A DNA stretch of 61,256 nucleotides, filler included, from a bacterium (GTDB lineage: Bacteria > J088 > JAWLBW01): assembly GCA_041690355.1 (NCBI GenBank). It is 4 parts of 4 records of this genome, joined end to end, with 100 filler letters (N's around TTAATTAATTAA, not from the genome) between each part and the next. Parts side by side here need not be neighbours in the genome. Positions count along the whole stretch, not along the records: positions 1 to 13,056 come from JAWLHK010000001.1; 3 more parts are not named here. One strand, given 5' to 3'. The translations under genes and the position numbers were made by a program. Numbering within the stretch: the stretch's first letter is position 1; each line of letters begins with the position of its first letter. Positions 1-9,105 of the stretch are shown piece after piece. Under the pieces are notes generated by a model. That model saw only the letters and a program-made list of their open reading frames with translations. It did not search any database and was not told the DNA's origin.

Positions 1-1
1 C

Positions 2-826
2 AAGGTCGCCGAATCGCTTGCCGGGGGCTACCACAGCGTCTTCAAGGGGCGCGGCGTGGAGTTCGCCGAGGTGCGCCCCTATCAGCCGGGCGACGACGTC
101 CGCACGATTGACTGGAACGTGACCGCGCGCACCGGCGAGCTCTTCACGAAGAACTTCACCGAAGAGCGCGAGCTGAACGTGAACCTGCTCGTCGACGCGA
201 GCGGCAGCCTCGGCTTCGGCGGCGCGCGCACCAAGCGGGAATACACAACCGAGATTGCCGCCCTGCTCGCCTACTCGGCCATCGCCAACGGCGATCGGGT
301 CGGGCTCATGCTGTTCACCGACCGGGTCGAAAAAATACTGCCGCCGCGCAAGGGGCGCCGCCACGCGCTGCGCATCATCCGCGAGCTGCTCGGCTACGAG
401 CCGGCCGCGCGCGGCACCGATCTGGGCGCGGCCATGCAAACGCTGAACCGCCTGGCGACGCGCCGCAGCGTGACGTTTCTCGTCTCTGACTTTCTGCACG
501 GCATGGACGGTTTCAGCCGCGCCGCCCGCATCGCCGTGCGCCGGCACGACATCATTCCGGTCGTCGTACGCGACCCGCTCGAACACATGCTTCCCCCGGC
601 GGGGCTCGTGCGCGTCGCCGACGCCGAAAGCGGAGCCACCGCCTGGATCGACGCGGGCAACCGCGAAGCGCGCGCAGCCTTCGCGCGGATGACGGCGGCC
701 GAAGAAGACCGCCTCACGGCCAGCCTGCGCGAGTTGCGCATGAGTCCGCTCTTTCTACGCAATGGCGAAGACGCGGTGCGCCCGCTGGTACGCTACTTCG
801 CGCTGCGCAAGGGGAGAAAGCGATGA
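2..826 (+). CDS. DUF58 family protein (MoxR-associated), 5' partial
   Basis: Open from the window start (KVAESLAGGYHSVFKGRGVEFAEVRPYQPGDDVRTIDWNVTAR); DASGS motif; precedes a Bat operon. Confidence 0.92.
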   Translation, partial: KVAESLAGGYHSVFKGRGVEFAEVRPYQPGDDVRTIDWNVTARTGELFTKNFTEERELNVNLLVDASGSLGFGGARTKREYTTEIAALLAYSAIANGDRVGLMLFTDRVEKILPPRKGRRHALRIIRELLGYEPAARGTDLGAAMQTLNRLATRRSVTFLVSDFLHGMDGFSRAARIAVRRHDIIPVVVRDPLEHMLPPAGLVRVADAESGATAWIDAGNREARAAFARMTAAEEDRLTASLRELRMSPLFLRNGEDAVRPLVRYFALRKGRKR

Positions 827-1845
827 AGCGGGCGCGACGAACCCTGCCGCTCGCGGCCCTGCTTGCCATCCTCTTCCTGATTTCGGCCGACGCCCGGTCG
901 ACGGCGGCGCAGACGCCGGATCCCGCCACCCCGGACGCGGCGGCCGCCCCGAACGAGGGAGGCGCTGGCGGAGCCGCCGTCGATCCGGTCGTCGCGGCGC
1001 TCGAAGTCGACACCCGCGTCGAACCGGCGAGCGCGCCGCTCGGCGTCGAGGTGGTCTGGACGACCCGCATCGGCCATCCCGACGGGGCGGTCGGCTTTGC
1101 CGGACCGGCCACCGGCGGCGCCATGCACGTGAAGTCGCGCGAGATCACGGCCGCTCCCGACGGAAAAGCGTCTACCGCACGCGTCGTGCTCACGGGCCTC
1201 ACGCTGGGCTCCTTCACGCTGCCGCCGCTCGAACTGCGCTTCACCGACGACGCCGGCGTCGATCACCCCTTTCAGGTGCTCGGCGGCAAGGTGGAGATCG
1301 TCGCCACCACCGAAGAAAATGCGCAACCGGCCGACCTCGCCCCTCCGGTGGAGATCACGGCGTGGAACCCGTGGTTCTTCGCGGGCATCGCCGTCGGTCT
1401 GCTCGTGCTCGGCGGTTTCTTCTACTGGGTCCGTCACCGCGGCCGGCGACGTGCCCTGCTCCCCCCCGCGCCGACCGATCTGCGCACCCCGGGACAGATC
1501 GCGCTCGACGCCATCTTCGAGCTGCAGACGCAGGGGCTTCTTGAGCGCCGTGAGATCAAACTCTTCACCTACCAGCTCGACGACATTGTGCGCGCGTTTC
1601 TCGTCGCCACGACCGGCGTCGGCAGCCTGACCGAGACCTCTGAAGAGTTCCTGCGCAGCCTTACGCCGGCCATGGGGCGTGACCGGCTCGCCGAGGTGCG
1701 CGCGTTCTTCGACCAGTCCGATCGCGTGCGCTTCGCCGGCGAAGAACACGAGGCCGCCGAGGCGAGCGCGCTCGTCGAGCGGGCCATTCATCTCGTCCAC
1801 TTTCTCTCGGGCACGCGGGCCGCGACGGGGGATACCGCGGCATGA
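823..1845 (+). CDS. Bat-operon membrane protein (signal peptide, Ig-like region, one TM helix, C-terminal helical domain)
   Basis: ATGA overlap with DUF58; signal peptide; TM WFFAGIAVGLLVLGGFFYW; TETSEEF and SDRVRFA motifs; typical position between DUF58 and batA. Confidence 0.7.
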   Translation: MKRARRTLPLAALLAILFLISADARSTAAQTPDPATPDAAAAPNEGGAGGAAVDPVVAALEVDTRVEPASAPLGVEVVWTTRIGHPDGAVGFAGPATGGAMHVKSREITAAPDGKASTARVVLTGLTLGSFTLPPLELRFTDDAGVDHPFQVLGGKVEIVATTEENAQPADLAPPVEITAWNPWFFAGIAVGLLVLGGFFYWVRHRGRRRALLPPAPTDLRTPGQIALDAIFELQTQGLLERREIKLFTYQLDDIVRAFLVATTGVGSLTETSEEFLRSLTPAMGRDRLAEVRAFFDQSDRVRFAGEEHEAAEASALVERAIHLVHFLSGTRAATGDTAA

Positions 1846-2810
1846 CGCTTGCCCAGCCGTGGATGCTGCTTCTCCTGCTGCTGCTCCCGCTCGTCTACTG
1901 GGGCAGCCGGCGCCGCCCCGATCGCCGCGCCGTCGTCTATTCCGATCTCGAACGGCTCAAACCGTTCCGCGGCGGCAAGGCCAGGTGGATGTGGATCCCC
2001 CGCGCCCTCTTCTGGCTGGCCGCCGCCGCGCTCGTACTCGCCCTTGCCCGGCCCCAGTTGCGTAACGTACGCCAGGAAATCGTGGCGCCGGGGATCGACA
2101 TCGTGCTCGCCCTCGACATGTCGTCGTCCATGCTGGCCAACGATTTTCCCCCGAACCGCTTCGAGGCGGCCCGGCGCGTGCTCAAGCGCTTCATCGCGAG
2201 CCGGACGACCGATCGCGTGGGGCTCGTCGTCTTCGCGGGCCGCGCCTACACCCAGGTGCCGCTGACCTTCGACTACCGCGCCGTGTCGCAGCTGCTCGAC
2301 GCTGTCGCCATTGGGCAGATCGAAGACGGCACCGCCATCGGCATGGGGCTCGTCGAAGCCGTCAACCGGTTGAAAGACAGCCCCGCGAAGAGCCGCATCG
2401 TCATTCTGCTTACCGACGGCGTCAACAACCGCGGCAAGGTCGACCCCGATACCGCGGGAGAAATTGCCAAGCTCAAGGGAATACGCGTCTATACCATCGG
2501 CATGGGGACGCGCGACGGCGGCATGCGGGGCCGCATCGAACAGATGATGGGCCTGCAGGCCGGGGCGACCATGGACGTCGAGCTCATGCAGCGCATCGCC
2601 GGGCAGACGGGTGGCCGCTACTTCGAGGCGGCCAGCCTGAGCGATCTCTCTTCCGTTTACGACACCATCGGCTCCCTGGAAAAGAGCGAAGTCAAGCTGA
2701 ACGAGTACGTGACCGTGCGGGAATTCTATCCGCAGGTGCTCGCCCTCGCGCTCGTCCTGTTGCTCGCAGGCTGGCTGCTCGAACTCACCGTGCTGCGGAG
2801 GATCCCCTGA
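1842..2810 (+). CDS. batA: BatA-like vWA domain protein
   Basis: N-terminal TM LALARPQ, MIDAS DMSSSM, GTAIG, LLTDGVNNRG, C-terminal TM. Confidence 0.9.
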   Translation: MTLAQPWMLLLLLLLPLVYWGSRRRPDRRAVVYSDLERLKPFRGGKARWMWIPRALFWLAAAALVLALARPQLRNVRQEIVAPGIDIVLALDMSSSMLANDFPPNRFEAARRVLKRFIASRTTDRVGLVVFAGRAYTQVPLTFDYRAVSQLLDAVAIGQIEDGTAIGMGLVEAVNRLKDSPAKSRIVILLTDGVNNRGKVDPDTAGEIAKLKGIRVYTIGMGTRDGGMRGRIEQMMGLQAGATMDVELMQRIAGQTGGRYFEAASLSDLSSVYDTIGSLEKSEVKLNEYVTVREFYPQVLALALVLLLAGWLLELTVLRRIP

Positions 2811-3796
2811 TGGAATTCGCGCAGATTGACGCTTTCTGGTGGCTCCTCGCGATCCCCCTCTTTCTCGGCCTCGGCCTGCATGCCGAACGCGTTCGCAGGC
2901 GTGTTGCCGCGGCCTGGGGAATCGGAGCGCCTGCAGCCGTCGACACGGCGGGTACGCGCCGCCGGCTGCGTCAACTCGCCTGGTCGGTCGCGCTCATCGG
3001 CCTCTCGGGCGCCATGGCCATGCCGCTCGGCGAGGCGACATCACGCCTGCTCGAACGCCGGGGGACCGACGTGGTCATCGTGCTCGACCTGTCGAACAGC
3101 ATGCTGGCCCGCGACGTGCAGCCTGACCGCCTGCGGCGCGCGCGCTTCGAGATCGATCGCCTGCTCGATGCCATGCGCGGCGACCGGGTGGGACTCGTGG
3201 TCTTCTCGGGGACTTCGTTCATGCAGACCCCGCTCACGACCGATTATGCGATTTTGCGTAACCTGCTGCACGAAGTCGAGCCGCAGTCCATGCCCTATCC
3301 GGGCTCGAACGTCGCCTCCGGAATCCGCAAAGGGCTCGAGCTCGTGCAGCACACGCCGGGGGGGAGCCGCGCCCTGGTTCTGCTCACCGACGGCGAAGAG
3401 ACCGTCGGTGACGCCTTGCGCGCGGCCCGTGAAGCCGGCGATCGGCAGGTTCCCATCTTCACCATCGCGATTGGCACGGCGCGCGGCGAACCGATTCCGC
3501 TGCAGGCGCCCAACGGGGGTGAGGCGATTCTGCTGGGCCCCGACGGAAAACCGGTGCTCTCGAAGCTCGACGAAGCCGGCCTGCAGCGCATCGCCGATCT
3601 GTCGGGCGGCCGCTACTTCCGCATCGGACCGGGGGGCGACGCGCACGCCGTCGCGCAGGTGGTGCAGCGGCTGGAAAAGGAGATGCTCGAGCAGCGCACC
3701 GTAACCGAGCGAGCCGCCCTGTACCCCTGGTGGGCCGTGCCGGCCCTGGTGTTTCTTCTGGCGGGCCTCTGGTTCCGCGAGCGGGAGTACGCATGA
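2810..3796 (+). CDS. batB: BatB-like vWA domain protein
   Basis: DLSNSM MIDAS, PDRL, DRVGLVVF, PLTTDY, LLTDGE. Confidence 0.88.
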   Translation: MEFAQIDAFWWLLAIPLFLGLGLHAERVRRRVAAAWGIGAPAAVDTAGTRRRLRQLAWSVALIGLSGAMAMPLGEATSRLLERRGTDVVIVLDLSNSMLARDVQPDRLRRARFEIDRLLDAMRGDRVGLVVFSGTSFMQTPLTTDYAILRNLLHEVEPQSMPYPGSNVASGIRKGLELVQHTPGGSRALVLLTDGEETVGDALRAAREAGDRQVPIFTIAIGTARGEPIPLQAPNGGEAILLGPDGKPVLSKLDEAGLQRIADLSGGRYFRIGPGGDAHAVAQVVQRLEKEMLEQRTVTERAALYPWWAVPALVFLLAGLWFREREYA

Positions 3797-4608
3797 TCGC
3801 GCGCCGCCTGATCCTGCTCATACTTGGATCCTTCGGTCTCGCCGGCGTGGTCGGCGACGCCGCGGCCGCGCCGTGGAACCGCGAGGTTCCGGAAAACCGC
3901 GACGGCCGCGCCGCGTGGGAAGCCGGCGAGTACGAAGAGGCCGTGCGCAGTTTCGAAGAAGCCGCCCGCAAGGAGGATGACGCGGATGCGCAGCGCGCGG
4001 AGTTCAACCGAGGGACGGCGCTCGCGCGCGAGGGCAAGGCCCAGGAGGCCGAGCGCGCCTTCGACCGCTCGGCCCGATCCGAAGATCCCGAGCTGCGATC
4101 GCAGGCGCTGTACAACCGCGGCTGGCTGCGGGAGCAGCGGCAGGATTACCCCGGCGCGATCGACGATTACCGCCGCGCCCTCATGGAAGACGGCGGCAAC
4201 GGGCGCGCACGCACGAATCTCGAGCGTCTGTTGCGCATGCCGCCGCCCCCGCCGCAGCAGCAGCCCTCGAACACCCCGGAAAAAGAGGACAGCCGGAACA
4301 ACGAGGGTGAGCAGAACGAGCAGCAGAAAGACACGGGCAAGCAGGACGAGGCGCAGAAGGGGAACGAAGGGGAAGACGGAAGGCGCCCCCAGGAAGAAAC
4401 CGAAGATCGTGAAGCTTCTTCGGGCGACGACGAGCAGAACGACGGACGCGGCGAAGAGGAGAAGACCGGCCGCTCCTCGGGCGGCGAAGACCTGACGGAA
4501 GAAGAAGCGGATGATATCCTTGAATCCGCCGATCGAGAGTCGACGCGGCCGCCCGTCCGCCACTCCGATGCACCGCCGAACGATTATGATCCGAGCCGCA
4601 ACTGGTAA
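3793..4608 (+). CDS. batC: BatC-like TPR protein with acidic Q/E-rich tail
   Basis: ATG at 3793 overlaps the batB stop; TPR motifs FNRG and YNRG, ARTNLE; low-complexity tail ending in W. Confidence 0.8.
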   Translation: MIARRLILLILGSFGLAGVVGDAAAAPWNREVPENRDGRAAWEAGEYEEAVRSFEEAARKEDDADAQRAEFNRGTALAREGKAQEAERAFDRSARSEDPELRSQALYNRGWLREQRQDYPGAIDDYRRALMEDGGNGRARTNLERLLRMPPPPPQQQPSNTPEKEDSRNNEGEQNEQQKDTGKQDEAQKGNEGEDGRRPQEETEDREASSGDDEQNDGRGEEEKTGRSSGGEDLTEEEADDILESADRESTRPPVRHSDAPPNDYDPSRNW

Positions 4609-7000
4609 CGTACTGGGACTTCTACTGCTGGCCTTCGCGCTGCTGCCCGCGGGCGCCGAGGCGAGCGTCGGCGTCACGGCGCGCCTTGCGCCCGACCGCG
4701 TGGCCGTGGGCGAGGCGTTCCGCCTCGAGGTCACCGTGCAGTCGACCGGCCTTGCCGGAGCGGGCGACGTCGTCGTCCCCTCGCATCCTGCACTGCGCAA
4801 CGTCGGCCGCGCGTCGAACCAGACGATGCGCTTCGTCAACGGCGCCGTCACGCGCGAGCTCATCGAGACCTTCACCTTCGTTGCCCGCGAACCCGGCCGC
4901 TACCGGTTCGACGGCGTCGGGGTGAAGCGCGGCAACCAGTTCGTGGCCGCGCCCGTCGTCTCCATCCAGGTCGATGCCGCCGGCGCGAGCCAGGGATCGC
5001 CCGGCGTAGCCGGGCCGGGCGGCGGCGCACCCGAGCCGGCGCTCTCGGGAGAACTGCCGCCCCCCGGGCGCGACCTGTACGTGACGGCGTTCGTCGATCG
5101 CGACCGCGTCTGGCAGGGCGAGCCTATCGTCTACACCTTTCGCTTCTTCTTCTACCGGCTCGCGCCCGACAACCCGACCTACGACACCCCCGACTTTGCC
5201 GGATTCGAAGCCTTCGATCTCGGTCAGAGCGACGAGCCGCAGACCGTGATGGTGCACGGCCGCCCGTATCAGTACTTCGATATCCGCACGCTGCTCTATC
5301 CCGTGCGCAGCGGCGAACTGGTCATCGATCCGGCCGCCCTCTCGTTCCGCGGCAATTTCTTCTTCGCCCGCGACCAGGTCCTGCGCGCGAAGCCGATCCG
5401 CGTCCAGGTGCGCCCGCTTCCCGAGGGGGCGCCCGCAGACTTCGGCGGGGCCGTCGGCAGCTTCGCGCTGCGCGCCGGCCGCCTGCCCGCCCGGGTTCAC
5501 GCCGACGAGCCCGTGACCCTCTCTCTGTCGGTGGCCGGCATCGGCAACTTCCGCCGCGTCGGCGCCCCGGCACCGGTGACCGAGGCCGGCTGGCGCATCT
5601 ACCCGGGGCGCGTCTCCGAAGATACCCGCGCGGGCGATGCGGGGATGAGCGGCGAGAAGCAGTTCGAGCTGCTGCTGCTCCCGCCGGGCCCGGGCCGACA
5701 GCAGATGCCGACCTTCGCCTTCAGCTACTTTGAACCGGCCGTAGAAGCCTACCGGACGCTGCGCATCACCCCCGGCGAGGTCGAAATTCTCGCGCAGCCC
5801 GGGGCGGGCGCCCCGACGCGGACGCTGCGCAGCCTCAGCTTTCGCCCGCTGCGCACCGAACCGGGGCCGGCGCCGGCCGATCCGCTGACGCCCTGGCGTC
5901 TCTTCGCCTGGCTGCTTCCGCTGCCGCTCGTGGGGCTCGTGCTCCTGCAGGCCGGCTCCGCCGTGCGACGGCGCATGCGCGAGGCCACCCCCGAGGATCG
6001 GCGCACGGCGGCCCGCCGCAAGCTCGAGCGCGAAGTCAATTCCGCCGACTCCGATCCGCTCGTCCTGCTGCGCGCCATGGATCAGTGGCTGCACGAGGCG
6101 CACGGGCTCGGGGCCGCCCCGGCCGAGGCCGACGTCCGCGCGGCCCTCGGCGATCAGGCCGACGGCTTTCTCGAGGCGCGGCGCCGGCTGCAGCAGGCGG
6201 TGTACGGCGGCGGCGGCGATGCTCACGGGGCACGGCGGGTACTGCGCGAGTGGCTGCGCAAAGGGGGCACCGCGCTTGCTCTCGTGCTCGCGCTCGGCGG
6301 CATCGGCACTGCGGCCGCGACGGACACCCTGTTCCAGCGCGCGCAGCAGGCGCACATGGAGGGGAACTACGGGGAGTCCGTCCGCCTCTACCAGCGCGCC
6401 GCCGAACAGCTGCTGCCACGAGTAAATATCCTCTACAACCTTTCGGGAGCCGCGTGGCGCGCGGGCGACCCCGCCCTGGCCCGATATGCCATCGAGCGCG
6501 CCTACAGCCTGGCCCCGCGCGACGCCGACGTCGCGGCGAACCGGCGGCTCATCGGCGAGGCCGTCGCCGATATGGGGGGCTCGGCGGGGGCGGCCGTCCC
6601 CGGCCTCATGACGTTCGGCGAAGCCGGGTGGCTGACCGCCGGGCTCTTCGTTCTCTTCACGGCCACGTTGCTGGTCGCGCGCTTCGGTCCGCGCCTGCGG
6701 TGGACGGCGGCGGTTCTGTTTCTCCTCACCCTGGCAGCAGGCATTCACGGCGCCTGGCTGTACGGCCGCCTTAACGACGCGCAGCCCGGGGTGCTCTGGC
6801 GCGAGACGGCGCTGCACGAAGCGGCCGACGAGCGCAGCGGCACGGTCACGCTGCTCCCCGCCGGCGATCTTGCCTGGATTGAGCAGGCGGGGGGCGCCTG
6901 GCTGCAGGTGCGCACCCCGCGGGGCCTGCGCGGCTGGCTACCGGCCGAGGCGTGGCGGCCCCTCCCGGTTCTCTCCCCTCGGGAAGGGATTCCGGAATAG
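4586..7000 (+). CDS. batD: BatD family protein fused to a BatE-like TPR/SH3 module
   Basis: Signal peptide after ATG 4586; BatD-type beta domains (GAVGSF, GIGNF); C-terminal TPR (LYNL, DVAAN), two TM helices and SH3-like WLQVRT..GLRGWLP. Confidence 0.8.
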   Translation: MIRAATGNVLGLLLLAFALLPAGAEASVGVTARLAPDRVAVGEAFRLEVTVQSTGLAGAGDVVVPSHPALRNVGRASNQTMRFVNGAVTRELIETFTFVAREPGRYRFDGVGVKRGNQFVAAPVVSIQVDAAGASQGSPGVAGPGGGAPEPALSGELPPPGRDLYVTAFVDRDRVWQGEPIVYTFRFFFYRLAPDNPTYDTPDFAGFEAFDLGQSDEPQTVMVHGRPYQYFDIRTLLYPVRSGELVIDPAALSFRGNFFFARDQVLRAKPIRVQVRPLPEGAPADFGGAVGSFALRAGRLPARVHADEPVTLSLSVAGIGNFRRVGAPAPVTEAGWRIYPGRVSEDTRAGDAGMSGEKQFELLLLPPGPGRQQMPTFAFSYFEPAVEAYRTLRITPGEVEILAQPGAGAPTRTLRSLSFRPLRTEPGPAPADPLTPWRLFAWLLPLPLVGLVLLQAGSAVRRRMREATPEDRRTAARRKLEREVNSADSDPLVLLRAMDQWLHEAHGLGAAPAEADVRAALGDQADGFLEARRRLQQAVYGGGGDAHGARRVLREWLRKGGTALALVLALGGIGTAAATDTLFQRAQQAHMEGNYGESVRLYQRAAEQLLPRVNILYNLSGAAWRAGDPALARYAIERAYSLAPRDADVAANRRLIGEAVADMGGSAGAAVPGLMTFGEAGWLTAGLFVLFTATLLVARFGPRLRWTAAVLFLLTLAAGIHGAWLYGRLNDAQPGVLWRETALHEAADERSGTVTLLPAGDLAWIEQAGGAWLQVRTPRGLRGWLPAEAWRPLPVLSPREGIPE

Positions 7001-7015
7001 TCCAGTCAGGATGAT

Positions 7016-7044
7016 TTGACAAGAAATCGGCCGGTTGGTATCTT
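7016..7044 (+). promoter_or_regulatory. Putative sigma70 promoter
   Basis: TTGACA-N17-TATCTT with extended -10 TG, upstream of ORF 7162. Confidence 0.6.
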
Positions 7045-7161
7045 TTCTCTCAGTCGCGCGACACCGGATATCCGGGTCCCCGTGCAGTCGTCTTTTCCAC
7101 TGGAAAGCGCCTGGCGGGCGGGCGCGGCGCCGCTTTCACGCCCTTCAGGAGCATCAGTACC

Positions 7162-7632
7162 ATGCGACGCCAAATCAAGACCAAGGAACTCCGGGTCCGT
7201 TTCCCCAACTCCCGTGAGCTGTTTCTGTTTGCCCGCCGAGTGATCATGGAAGAGAACGACATCAAGGATGTCGAGCTCATCAGCGACATCGAAATCGGCC
7301 GGATGATCGACTACGATTACAAGTACACGCACCAGTGGAAGTTCGGCAAGAAGAACGTCCACGACATCGTGGAACTGACCAACCTCTCGCGCAATCTGGG
7401 CGTCGACCTGTCGCTGCTCACGAAGATCGCGCTCGGCGAGCTCAAGGCCGACCAGGCGTTCAAGATCTGGAAGGAGGAGAAGGGCCAGGGCAACACGATG
7501 ATCGAGAACGAGCATCGTGGCGAAAGCGGCCGTCTCTACATCCGCATGATCGCGAGCAAGGAGCGCTCGGAGCGAGCGCAGAAGCTGATCGAGGAGATCA
7601 ACAAGGTGGCCGAGAAATTCGGGTTCAATTGA
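7162..7632 (+). CDS. Hypothetical protein with a probable XRE-like HTH region
   Basis: AGGAG RBS; GC3-biased codons; SDIEIGRMIDYDYKYTHQWKFGK has HTH-like spacing. Confidence 0.6.
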   Translation: MRRQIKTKELRVRFPNSRELFLFARRVIMEENDIKDVELISDIEIGRMIDYDYKYTHQWKFGKKNVHDIVELTNLSRNLGVDLSLLTKIALGELKADQAFKIWKEEKGQGNTMIENEHRGESGRLYIRMIASKERSERAQKLIEEINKVAEKFGFN

Positions 7633-7690
7633 CCTCCTCCCCCCCTGCGCTGAGGCGCAGGGGACCCTCCTCCTTGCTAAGGAGGAGGGT
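7632..7690. repeat. Double-hairpin REP-like element, left copy
   Basis: Hairpins CCCCTGCGC/GCGCAGGGG and ACCCTCCTCCTT/AAGGAGGAGGGT; inverted homolog at 8114-8173. Confidence 0.75.
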
Positions 7691-8036
7691 TATCCGGGTA
7701 CAGGGCCTTCGCGATTGACGCACACACAGTCTCGATGTCCCGCAGGATCAGAAAGTTCGGAAAGCGTACGGTTCTGATCCCGACCGAGGCCATGTAATCC
7801 TGGCGGATAGCATCGTATTCGACCGCTTCGTCAAGGTAGTGCTGTCTGCCGTCCAGCTCGACGGCCAGCCGCACCACAGGGCAGAAGAAGTCGACGATGT
7901 AGGGACCGATGCCAACCTGCCGCCTGAACTTCAGGCCCAGGCCTTTTCCCCGAAGACGTTCCCATAGCAACGCTTCGGCCGGAGTCTGCTTTTTCCGCAA
8001 TTCCCGCCGCCGCTTTTTGAACGCTGTGCGATTCAT
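7677..8036 (-). CDS. DUF559 / Vsr-like endonuclease domain protein
   Basis: TPAEALLW, KFRRQ, IGPYIVDF, VELDGRQH motifs. Confidence 0.92.
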   Translation of the reverse strand: MNRTAFKKRRRELRKKQTPAEALLWERLRGKGLGLKFRRQVGIGPYIVDFFCPVVRLAVELDGRQHYLDEAVEYDAIRQDYMASVGIRTVRFPNFLILRDIETVCASIAKALYPDNPPP

Positions 8037-8113
8037 GATCTTGGGTCATCGGCCGACCATATCATCGATCGTAGTCTTCTGGAAGGGGCCGCCCTCTCTA
8101 CAATTGATTTTTC

Positions 8114-8173
8114 ACCCTTCTCCTTCGCAAGGAGAAGGGTCGACGGCGCCGCAAGCGCCGACGGGGATGAGGT
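8114..8173. repeat. Double-hairpin REP-like element, right copy (inverted)
   Basis: Reverse complement ACCTCATCCCC...ACCCTTCTCCTTGCGAAGGAGAAGGGT matches the layout of the left copy. Confidence 0.75.
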
Positions 8174-8254
8174 CCGCACCGGCGCCTCGACGGCGAGGCG
8201 GTCAACGTTGCTTTTTTCTTGACCTTTCTTCCCCACCTGATCTAACCTCGCGGC

Positions 8255-8953
8255 ATGACGCTGCGCGACTGGCCCGCCGAAGACCGCCCACGGGAGAAAC
8301 TGGCCACCCGGGGGGCCGAGGCGCTCTCCGATTCCGAGTTGCTGGCGATCTTCATCCGCACGGGCGCGCGGGGGAAATCCGCCGTCGACATCGGGCGGGA
8401 ACTCGCCGCCCGCGGACTGCCCGATCTGGCGCGGCTCTCGTTTCCCGAGGTCGCCGCGCTGCCCGGGGTGGGACCGGCGCGCGCCGCCGCCATCCTGGCC
8501 GCCTTCGAGCTGGGGCGGCGCGCCATCGCCCTGCGCGGCGACGAGATTGAGCTGACGTCACCCGAAGCAGTGTCGCGCTTCTGCGGACCCCGCTTGAATC
8601 ACCTGAAAAAAGAGCGCTTTCTGGCGCTGGCGCTGACTACGAAGAACCGGCTGCTGCGCGAGGAGCTGGTCTCCGAGGGGGATCTGAACAGCTCCATCGT
8701 CCACCCGCGCGAGGTCTTCGCACCGCTGCTGCGCTGCTCGGCGGCGGCGGTCATTTTCGTGCACAACCACCCGAGCGGCGATCCGACGCCGAGCCAGCGT
8801 GACCTCGAGATCACGCAGCGGCTGCGGCGCGTGGGCGAGCTGCTCGGCATCAAGGTCCTCGATCATGTGGTCGTGGCCGCCGGCGGCTTCTACTCCTTCC
8901 AGTCGCACGGCTTTTTCATCCAGCCGGCGAGCGTGGGCGAGGATTTCCTCTAA
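8255..8953 (+). CDS. radC: RadC family JAB-domain protein
   Basis: RPREKL, LSDSELLAI, VHPREVF, HNHPSGDPTPS, VLDHVV; TTGACC-N18-TAACCT just upstream suggests a leaderless mRNA. Confidence 0.95.
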   Translation: MTLRDWPAEDRPREKLATRGAEALSDSELLAIFIRTGARGKSAVDIGRELAARGLPDLARLSFPEVAALPGVGPARAAAILAAFELGRRAIALRGDEIELTSPEAVSRFCGPRLNHLKKERFLALALTTKNRLLREELVSEGDLNSSIVHPREVFAPLLRCSAAAVIFVHNHPSGDPTPSQRDLEITQRLRRVGELLGIKVLDHVVVAAGGFYSFQSHGFFIQPASVGEDFL

Positions 8954-9042
8954 CGGCCCCCCTGTCGTCCCCCGAGGGGAGACCCGAAACGAGAGATGAG
9001 AAGAACCCCCGTCCCCGAAAAGGTACTTCCGAGTCCTTGCCT

Positions 9043-9070
9043 CTCCGCGTCTCCGCGCCTCCGCGTGAAA
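9043..9070. repeat. Octamer tandem repeat (CTCCGCGY)x3 followed by GAAA
   Basis: Directly visible between the convergent radC and GT2 genes. Confidence 0.7.
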
Positions 9071-9105
9071 CGTCCGGTCCTTGGAACGGGAGATCCGTGA
9101 AGGAC

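Noticed and set aside
4622-6817. Long antisense ORFs (also 15818-17605, 26373-27887, 32249-34204, 42358-43971 and many others)
   Set aside because: Shadow frames of well-supported genes in high-GC DNA, with no motifs of their own
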